31,596 nt of DNA from a virus. Lineage: Duplodnaviria; Heunggongvirae; Uroviricota; Caudoviricetes. Position numbers and translations under genes: made by a program. The first letter of the stretch is position 1. Every line of letters begins with the position of its first letter. Below the pieces are notes generated by a model. It saw only the letters and a list, made by a program, of their open reading frames with translations, was not told the origin of the DNA and ran no database searches. Shown here one piece after another: positions 8,770-16,900 of the stretch. Where the stretch lies: the IMG/VR virus record IMGVR_UViG_3300034091_000309, one strand, 5' to 3'.

Positions 8770-9333
8770 ATGAGTTTTTGGAGTTCGTTGTTCGGCGGGC
8801 AAAACCCGACCCTGAACCAGGACATCGCGCAGTTCGGGCAGATCGGCGGCTTCGCCACCAACCTGGGCGAGAGCAACCTGAGCCAGGCGAGCCAGTTCTG
8901 GTCGTCGCTGCTGTCGGGAGACCAGTCGAAGATCGCCAAGACCCTGACCCCGGAGATCAACACCATCCAGCAGCAGGGCGCGCAACAGAGAGCCACCACG
9001 GCGCAGTTCGGCAACCGCGGCGGAGGAACCAACGCAGCGATGCAGATGGTGGGCGACACCTCGCGGGCCAGCATCAACGACATGATCGCGAAGCTGCTGG
9101 GCAGCTCGGCCAGCAACCTGGCCAGCACCGGCGGCGGTCTGCTGGGCACAGCCGTGGGAGCCTTCGGTGCGCAGGAGGCGGCCAGCCAGCAGCGGATGCG
9201 GAACTGGGCCAACAGCATTCTGGGCCACGGAATCACCACCAGCTTCCAGACGGGTGAAGAGCTTGGGGAGCAGTATCTGACCGGCGGGACCTCGGCCTCC
9301 AATGCCTATCCCAGCGGCGGATTGGGCAACTAA
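8770..9333 (+). CDS. putative ejection/pilot (DNA-transfer) protein (187 aa)
   Basis: ATG at 8770 after a ggggg RBS (in ORF 8680..9333). G/A/Q/N/S-rich helical composition typical of small internal virion proteins. Confidence 0.65.
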   Translation: MSFWSSLFGGQNPTLNQDIAQFGQIGGFATNLGESNLSQASQFWSSLLSGDQSKIAKTLTPEINTIQQQGAQQRATTAQFGNRGGGTNAAMQMVGDTSRASINDMIAKLLGSSASNLASTGGGLLGTAVGAFGAQEAASQQRMRNWANSILGHGITTSFQTGEELGEQYLTGGTSASNAYPSGGLGN

Positions 9334-9345
9334 AGGAGTTTCAAG

Positions 9346-11466
9346 ATGGGTGGATTCGGCGGCGTGGTGGGCGGCGGCGGCGTATGGGCCCGCTTGCAGC
9401 AGAAGCAAGAGCGGGAGCAGGATGCCCAGTGGAATCAGCTCCAGGGAAACATCGGGAACCTGCAGACAAAGCTCTCGTCTTTTGCGCCGGAGAGCGCCGA
9501 GTACCAGCAGACGATGAATGCTCTGACGCAGGCTATCCAGGCGCGGAACGATTTCCTGCATCCGGCGAAGAATCCCGGCGCCCTGCAGAGATTCGGACGT
9601 TTGCTGCATCTGACCAAGGGGCCGCAGGCGCAGTCGATGACCGTGCAACCGGCACCGATCCAAGTGCCGGCCACTACCGCTGCGCCGATCGAATCGGCGG
9701 CCGAACCAAACTACCGGCAATATGCTATCTCCGCCGCGCCGCAGCCGGGGAAGACTGCGCCGTTGCCGTCCTCGCAAACCATGGCCATTCCGAAGCCAAA
9801 AGGTCTGGTGGAGCCGGGAAATCTGCCGATCTGGAATCGGCCGGTTGTCCAGAATGCAGATGGCACACACAGCAGCGAGTATTCCACCTCCTTCAGAGAC
9901 GAACAGGGACGGGAAGTTCTTGTGCCTACGGTGGTGAATGGAAAGTTCCTGACGCCGGACGGCAAGAAGCCGCCTAAAGGCAGCCCGGAAGAGCAGGCCA
10001 TGTTCAAACGGGCCTGGCAGCACTACCTCGACACAGGAGAGAATCTGGGGAAGTTCGACAACGCCGCCAACGCGAATGCGTATGCGAACGTTTTGCACAA
10101 CAGGAAGGCACAGAAACAATCACCGGGACAGCTAAAGGCCCAAGCACAATCCAATGCTGGACAAGGCGCCGTGCCGGCGCTGAATGTCTCTTCCACAGTC
10201 GAACCGGGGCTACCGGCGACGACCCTGCCGGGTATGGAGACGCCGGCGGGACCGGCGCTGCCAGCCGGGCCGGCGGTGACGGTGCAGGGGCCGAAGCAGA
10301 CTCCCGGACAGTTGAAAGATCTGGCGCAAAGGCGGCAGAAGGCGGAGCAGGAGGCCGGCCAGATGGCCGCAGCGGCGCCGCGCCGTGACTGGGTGGAACC
10401 AGAATTAGCGAATCGGTGGTATGACTTTAGAACCAACTACAAGATGATAACCGGCCATGAGCCGCCGCCGGACGTAGCGGAGCAGTTCGCGCGAACAGGC
10501 CAAGCGGTAGAGCCAAAGGAGATGCCGGAAAAGTATTTTCCGCAGTTGGCGACCACAAAGGATGCGCAAGGGAAGGAGCATTACTGGCGCATTCCGATGG
10601 ACCCGGAGAAACAGGCGGAAGAGGTGGATTTCAAAGGGCAGACGATGGTGCCGAAGGCGGGCAAATCTGTGCGGGCTTGGAAGAAAGATGCCAGCGGACG
10701 GATTGTTTCCGTGCTGCTCGACCCGCAAACCAACCAGCCGATTACAGGAACAGAGGATTCCAGTATTCTTCCGCCACCCTATCTGACGACACGCATTTCG
10801 ACTGGAATGTATCACTGGGTTGACGAGGACAATCGGATTCACGAGACGCCGGAGACGAGAACAACGAGACCGGTGCTTCCGGGAGCCGGCACTACACCGA
10901 CGGGCGGAGCCCCGCCAGCACCGGGCGCGGCGGGGCCGAAGCAGCCGGCCAATCCCGAACCCGGCACCACGCCTCTGGCAGGAGCAAAGACCGGTGATCG
11001 GATTCTTGGCACGAAGGGAAGCGGCCCCTTGAACAAGGCGCGCAGCGCCTACAGTGATGCCGTGAAAATCTCTAACCTCGCCGATCAGTTGGTTGCCGAC
11101 GCGGAGAAGGCCCATAAAGAAGGAAGAAGCGTATCTGAACAGGACGCGCTCTTTGTGCTTAGCTTAATCCGGTCTGAGGCTGGCCGCGTGAACCAGCAGG
11201 AGATTGCTCAACTGTTCAACGCTGGCGGTATCGCCGAGGCGCCCGAACGCTGGGCAGCTAAGGTTGGTCACGGGGAGTTGTCAACGAACTTGCGCAAGCA
11301 ATTGCAGGACTTTACTCACAAGCAAGCCAAGGCGGCTTACGATGCGGTGGAGGCTCTCAAGAGCAAACCGACAGAGTTAAGGGATAAGGCCCAGCAGAAC
11401 CTCGGCGGCGGAGCAAGCATCGACGACGACATCGTCAATGCGCTGAATGGCGGAAAGAAACAGTAA
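9346..11466 (+). CDS. putative ejection/internal virion protein (706 aa)
   Basis: RBS aaggag. Q/A/P-rich helical protein with an internal globular module (RPVVQNADG...EVLVPTV...YLDTGENLGKF...AYANVLH). Confidence 0.65.
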   Translation: MGGFGGVVGGGGVWARLQQKQEREQDAQWNQLQGNIGNLQTKLSSFAPESAEYQQTMNALTQAIQARNDFLHPAKNPGALQRFGRLLHLTKGPQAQSMTVQPAPIQVPATTAAPIESAAEPNYRQYAISAAPQPGKTAPLPSSQTMAIPKPKGLVEPGNLPIWNRPVVQNADGTHSSEYSTSFRDEQGREVLVPTVVNGKFLTPDGKKPPKGSPEEQAMFKRAWQHYLDTGENLGKFDNAANANAYANVLHNRKAQKQSPGQLKAQAQSNAGQGAVPALNVSSTVEPGLPATTLPGMETPAGPALPAGPAVTVQGPKQTPGQLKDLAQRRQKAEQEAGQMAAAAPRRDWVEPELANRWYDFRTNYKMITGHEPPPDVAEQFARTGQAVEPKEMPEKYFPQLATTKDAQGKEHYWRIPMDPEKQAEEVDFKGQTMVPKAGKSVRAWKKDASGRIVSVLLDPQTNQPITGTEDSSILPPPYLTTRISTGMYHWVDEDNRIHETPETRTTRPVLPGAGTTPTGGAPPAPGAAGPKQPANPEPGTTPLAGAKTGDRILGTKGSGPLNKARSAYSDAVKISNLADQLVADAEKAHKEGRSVSEQDALFVLSLIRSEAGRVNQQEIAQLFNAGGIAEAPERWAAKVGHGELSTNLRKQLQDFTHKQAKAAYDAVEALKSKPTELRDKAQQNLGGGASIDDDIVNALNGGKKQ

Positions 11467-13958
11467 TGGCACAGATCACTCCAGAGCAGGCGATTGAGCA
11501 GCTTCGGAAACTCCCCGAGGACCGGCAGAGGGCTGTGCTGGGACGGCTGACGCTGGAGGCCAAGCAGGGCATCCTAGCCAAACTCAAGACGCCCGATTTC
11601 ACCGCTCAGGTCAATGTGCGAACCGTGAACGGCAAGCAGGTCGGCGAGGGGTTATACCAAATGGCGGGCCCGGATGGGAGCTTTGTCGGTGTGCCCTACA
11701 GCCAAGTCATGCCCGCCTCGCAGGCGGGGTGGAAGATCAAGCCCGAGGACCGGGAGCGGTTTGCCAGGGATCGCACGGAGGCGCTCAAGAGAAAGATCGA
11801 AGGACCGGCACAACCCTGGTACAAGACCATCTTGCCCGGACAGCCGAAGAGGCCGGTTCTGACCGAAGCCGAGTTCCGGGCGCAGGGTCCGCTGCCAGAG
11901 GTGGCGCCGCAGGAGCCGGGATGGTGGCAGAAAACAGAAGCTAAAGTGCAAGCGGCGACACAGCCGACAAACCTTTTTCCCGGTATGCCGACCAGCCAAT
12001 ACGACCCCGCTCTTGGCGAAGCGGCATTGAATACCATCAAGCGGGTGGGAGCTGTACTCTTTGGCGTGGCTGACTTCGGTCCGCAGGCATGGGGCGCCTT
12101 GAAGGAAGCGATTTCCGATGATCCCGAAAAGGCTCAGGCGGGGGAGACGCGACTGCTGGAGATGCACCCCGGCGCGCAGATCCAGGCGCGGGTAAAGGAG
12201 TTGCGCGACGACTTCCGCACCGATCCCAAGCTGGCATTGACAAATATGGTCGGGGACGTGGCTGGCATGTGGCTGGCAGGGAAGATCGGGGGAAAAGTTG
12301 CTCATCCAATCAAGAGTTTAGCTGAACTTCGGGATACCGCAGCGAAGCGAGTTGCGCTGCCCGCCGCCAAGGTCATGACCGGCGCCGGTCCGCGCGGAGT
12401 CGGAAAGCTGGTTCGGGAAACGCAGACGGAAAACCTTGCCGGGGCCGAGAAGGCTGCGACGGCGACCAAGGAATACCACAAGGACATTGGCGAAACGATT
12501 CAGGCCAATCGAAGAGTAGCCGCCGGCGAGGCAGCGCGGAGTCAAGCTGCCAGCGATGTTCAGGTCAAGGGAAGCCAGCTCATGACTGGCATCAAGGCGC
12601 TGGAAAAGCGTGTGCGTGCCACGGCCAGCGAAAAATACGAGGCCGTAAAGGCCAAAGTTGGCGAGGACACAGATCCCCGCGGGCTTCTGATGGACGATGT
12701 ACGGGCCGCGCAGGAGAAGTGGATTCGTGGTTCGCCCGAAAAAATCAAAGAATTTCAGGCTGTCTTACAGCCACCGAAAACGTCGCCGGCACAGTTGCTT
12801 GCGGACCAGACCGCGCAGAACCTGGGTTACAAGAACTTTGCGGAGGCAATTACAGATCCGCAGATGCGCGATACGCTCCGTCGCGCACTGCCTCCCGAGG
12901 TCTTCGAGGAAGCGACGACGGGCGCGGGAGGCACATTGGGCTGGAACGATTACCAGGGATTCTACGAGGAGACTGGAGCGAAACTGGCGCCTGGGGATCT
13001 GCCTCCGGACATCTTCAAGGCTGTGCAGGAGGTCCACGAAAAAGTCTGGAACCGCATGGAAGCCATGGCTCGGCGTCACGATGCGCTGCCACAGTGGTAC
13101 GACGCCAAAAACTACTACCGCCAGTTCATGGAGACATTTCATGATGCGACGGGGCCAAGCGGCAGTGCATCGCCGGTCGCGCAGGCGTTTCTTGCGAAAG
13201 ATCCCGCAACGGCCGCAAAGTTCTTTCTGGGCAACGCAGGAGATCGCGCGGTTAATCTATTGTCCCGTTACGATCCGCAGCTCACCCGTTTGGCTCAGGA
13301 GTTGCGTCAGAGCCGCGAGACGGCGAAGGTTGCGCCGAAGGGCACACGGAAGGAACTCCCGCCGGTGCCGGAATCCACAAAGTTCACGCCCCGCACTCTC
13401 TCGCCGGAAGACATTCGCGCACGGCATCGCGCTGACGTTCAAGCCACTGCCGATCTCATGGCAAACCTCGGCCGGAGGAGAGTGGACTGGAGCCTCCTCA
13501 CCGCTGGAGGTGGTCTCATTGCGCTTCTTGGCGAATTCAAGGGCGTGGGTCTGCTCGAACTGGCCGGTGGAGGCGCAGTTGCCGCGCCATTTGTTTCGGA
13601 CGCATTTGCAAGTTTTTTGGAACGCCCCGGCGTGATTGCCCGGCTGGAGCGCATCACGCCGGCGGACATTGACAAAGTTCCGCCGGAATTGAGGTCACAG
13701 GCACTTCAGGATCTGCGACCGCTGCTGATAGGGGCTCACGGAAGGGGAGCAAAAATCAATCCTGCGGTGTGGGCCTTGGCGATGGGCGCCTCTGCGGCTG
13801 GGCGCCAACCGCAGAAGTCGTTGAAGGAACTGCGGGATGAGGCCGACAAGCGCAAAGCGCCGGCAACCGCCGCGGCGCCGCCCGGTCCGCAGTCTTCCGC
13901 GCAGCCCTATACGCACATCTTCGATGAAGCGACCAACTCCATTGTTCCGGTGCAATGA
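11466..13958 (+). CDS. putative ejection/internal virion protein (830 aa)
   Basis: TAATG overlap. Long A/K/E-rich helical protein with a hydrophobic segment near the C-terminus. Shares a ~90-aa domain with the next gene. Confidence 0.65.
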   Translation: MAQITPEQAIEQLRKLPEDRQRAVLGRLTLEAKQGILAKLKTPDFTAQVNVRTVNGKQVGEGLYQMAGPDGSFVGVPYSQVMPASQAGWKIKPEDRERFARDRTEALKRKIEGPAQPWYKTILPGQPKRPVLTEAEFRAQGPLPEVAPQEPGWWQKTEAKVQAATQPTNLFPGMPTSQYDPALGEAALNTIKRVGAVLFGVADFGPQAWGALKEAISDDPEKAQAGETRLLEMHPGAQIQARVKELRDDFRTDPKLALTNMVGDVAGMWLAGKIGGKVAHPIKSLAELRDTAAKRVALPAAKVMTGAGPRGVGKLVRETQTENLAGAEKAATATKEYHKDIGETIQANRRVAAGEAARSQAASDVQVKGSQLMTGIKALEKRVRATASEKYEAVKAKVGEDTDPRGLLMDDVRAAQEKWIRGSPEKIKEFQAVLQPPKTSPAQLLADQTAQNLGYKNFAEAITDPQMRDTLRRALPPEVFEEATTGAGGTLGWNDYQGFYEETGAKLAPGDLPPDIFKAVQEVHEKVWNRMEAMARRHDALPQWYDAKNYYRQFMETFHDATGPSGSASPVAQAFLAKDPATAAKFFLGNAGDRAVNLLSRYDPQLTRLAQELRQSRETAKVAPKGTRKELPPVPESTKFTPRTLSPEDIRARHRADVQATADLMANLGRRRVDWSLLTAGGGLIALLGEFKGVGLLELAGGGAVAAPFVSDAFASFLERPGVIARLERITPADIDKVPPELRSQALQDLRPLLIGAHGRGAKINPAVWALAMGASAAGRQPQKSLKELRDEADKRKAPATAAAPPGPQSSAQPYTHIFDEATNSIVPVQ

Positions 13959-16900
13959 TGCCTGAGCCTCAACCCAAAAACGCGGAGCGCCGCAAACTCG
14001 TGAAGGTCAAAGATCTGGGCGTAGTCGCCTTCCCCTTTCACCTGTCCGACGATAAGATCGTTGCGGCCATCCGGACACATCGCGGGCAGACCCATGCCGC
14101 TCCTCCGCACTTCACGGGAAAGACAACGGAGGAGTCGGAACATGCGCGGTTAATGGCCACCCCACGAAGCAAAGATCGCTTCGCGGGGACCCCGGTAGCC
14201 AATGTGCCGCAGGTCACTCCCGATTGGAACACGCTACGCCAAGCGGTCTACAAGGCGACCGAGCCGGTGTTGATGAATCCCAATACCACGCCCACTGCGG
14301 ACACCTGGGCGGCGAATCGCGACGCCGCATGGAACGCGGCGGCCAACGCAGCCAATGTGGGAGGAAACGTTCTGAAGCGGGCCGGCCGCTTCATGTTTGG
14401 GTTGGTGGACTTGGTTCCGCAGGTGGTGGGGATCGTCAAGAACCTCTACTCCCCCGACGAGAGGGTCTCCGCGCAGGCCGAGGCTGATCTGCTGAGTCTG
14501 CATCCCGGCGCGCAGATCGCGGACCGGCTGAAAGAGGCGGTGCAGGATTGGCGTAGATCGAAGAGTTTGGCGGCGGAGAATCTGCTGGGCGATCTGCTGG
14601 GCTTTTACTTGGTGGGAAAGATTGGCGGGAAGGTTCCAGCCGCAGAAAAGGCACGATTGCAGCAGATGGGCGTCGTCCTGCCGCCGGAGGCGCCGGCGGA
14701 GCCTTTGGGACTGCCGGCGCCAGCCCCGCCAACGATTGAAGGAACTCTTTCACCCCACGGACGTGGACCTGTCCGTGGGGACCCCGGTTCGCTGCCCAAG
14801 CCGCCACGGCCGGCGCCATTGCCTTCGCCTGCCGGTCTGAGGCCGGTGGAAGTGACGGCCAATCTTTCACCCCAACGACGTGGACCTGTCGTTGGGGGCC
14901 CCGAACTACGGCTGACGCAGCCCAAGCCGGTGAGTTTGGCGGAGTTGCGCAAAGAGGCGGCGATGCGCAGACCGCAAGCGAAGGAGCAGCTCGTTGCGCA
15001 GCAGACTGCGAAGCCATGGAAAAAGAGCGGTGCCGAGTTGGGTACTCTCTACCACGGGAGCAAGGTAAAGGTTGGCGAGATCGATTTGGCTCAGGTGGGC
15101 CAGCGTGACTCTGGGCTCTATGGCCGTGGCTTCTACATGACGGAGAAGCCGAAGTGGGCGAAGACTTATGGGCCTAGAGTGACGGAGAAGCAGTTGAGAT
15201 CTGATGCGCAGGTACTCGACGTGGGCACGATCCATCCTCAGTACGAGCAGAAGGTCAACCCCGCATTGCAGACGGAAATCGAGGGAGTGGAACGGCAAGG
15301 ACTGCAACAAGCCAAGAACACTAAGGACCGGCCGGAGAAGATTGAAGGCTATCTGGAGATGATCCGGCCTCAGTCGCCGACCTTCAACCTGGGAATGTGG
15401 ATCGCGGCAGTGCATCGCTACGCTGAGATGAATGGTTACGATGTGATCCGTTTCAGCCCGGCGGAAGTGATTGTCAAGAATGCGAATGCGGTTCTGTCTG
15501 CACCAGCAGCCGTGGCAGCACCTGCGGCGATGCCAGCGACTGCACCTGTGCCATCGGCGATGCCAGTGACAGAACCAGCGCTGGCGGCGACACCAGTTCC
15601 TAAGCCGGCGGCGACACCAACGGCAGCACCAGCGGCGGCGGCACCCGTCGACGTGGCGATGAACCTGACGTACAAGGGAGCGGGCGGTACGCAGCCGTTC
15701 TATCTGAAGAGCGAGAAGCTGCTGGGCGAGAAGATGAAGGGGCCGATGCCGGCCGGCGATATTGCCAAGATGCTGTTGGCGAACGGTGTGAAGCCGGAAG
15801 AGATGAAGTGGACGGGGATGGAGGAGTTCCTCAAGGAGAAGGGCGAGGCCAAGGTGACGCCGGAGGAGATGCGGCAGCACTTGGCGGCAAACAACTTAGA
15901 GTTGAAAGAAGTAAGAAAGGGCGAAGGAAGCATAACGCTAAAACGGGCCGCTGACACCGCCTACGATAAATTCTATCAGTTAGCTGAGAAGGACTTTGGT
16001 CACGAGGCCGGAGCTATTGCGCGTGAAATTCAAGAGGGCGGTCAAAGTTCGCGCGAGATTATTGCGAAATGGATGAGGGATACTGGCCATGTGCCCGGCG
16101 AGATGCCATCTGATGATCTCTTAGAGGCTGCTCGGAACCTTTTTAATGCGCAGCGCACCTACGCAGAAGCTGAGGCCTACGGTGGACCAAAGTTCGGCAC
16201 CTGGGTTATGCCCGGTGGAGAGAACTACCGCGAGTTGCTGGTGACGTTGCCAGAGAACCAAATCACGGAGAGCGATCTGGCAAAGTATTTTGAACCGGGG
16301 AAAATCGTCGAGGGATATGCCGGCAAAGACAAAGTCATCGCGTTCCACCCATCAAGTGAACAGCGTTTATGGAGCGTAGATGTTATCCATGTGGATAATA
16401 ATGGAAATCCTCTCCCTGGGGAGCATGTGCGGAATCATGCAACGCAGCCAGACTTAAACAAGCTGGGCAAAACTAACTTCCGCACCTCTCACTGGGACGA
16501 GCCAAATGTACTCGGCCATGTGCGCTTCAATGACCGCACCGGGCCGAACGGGGAGAAGCTGCTGCACCTGGAGGAATTGCAGAGCGACTGGCACGAAAAA
16601 GGGAGAAAGGGCGGATACGGATCAATAGGCCCGCCCGATACGACAGGCTGGAAGGCAACAAAGACGGAAGATCATCCAGAGTCGTGGATTGTAGCTGATG
16701 CCTCTGGAGATCAGATTAGTATTGGTGGTCGCAATTTATTCTACGGCAGAACTGCTGAAGAAGCCATTGCTGATGCTGCTCGTATAAAGCAGACCGGAGC
16801 AGGCCGAGAGCTTCGTGTGCCCGATGCCCCGTTCAAGAAGACTTGGCCGGAGCTGCTGCTAAAGCGAATGATTCGCTACGCGGCGGAGAACGGCTATGAC

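Noticed and set aside
8518-10119. Long antisense or alternative-frame ORFs (e.g. 8518..10119 -, 14906..15880 -, 12697..13635 +, 24983..25627 -, 25909..26763 -)
   Set aside because: Shadows of GC-rich real genes, with Arg/Pro-biased low-information sequence and no motifs.
14751-14903. 36-nt repeats as a CRISPR array, with the Cas4-like gene nearby
   Set aside because: Copies are scattered over 30 kb in both orientations and diverge with stem covariation. The closest pairs are ~80 nt apart and never form runs of three. No cas operon is present.
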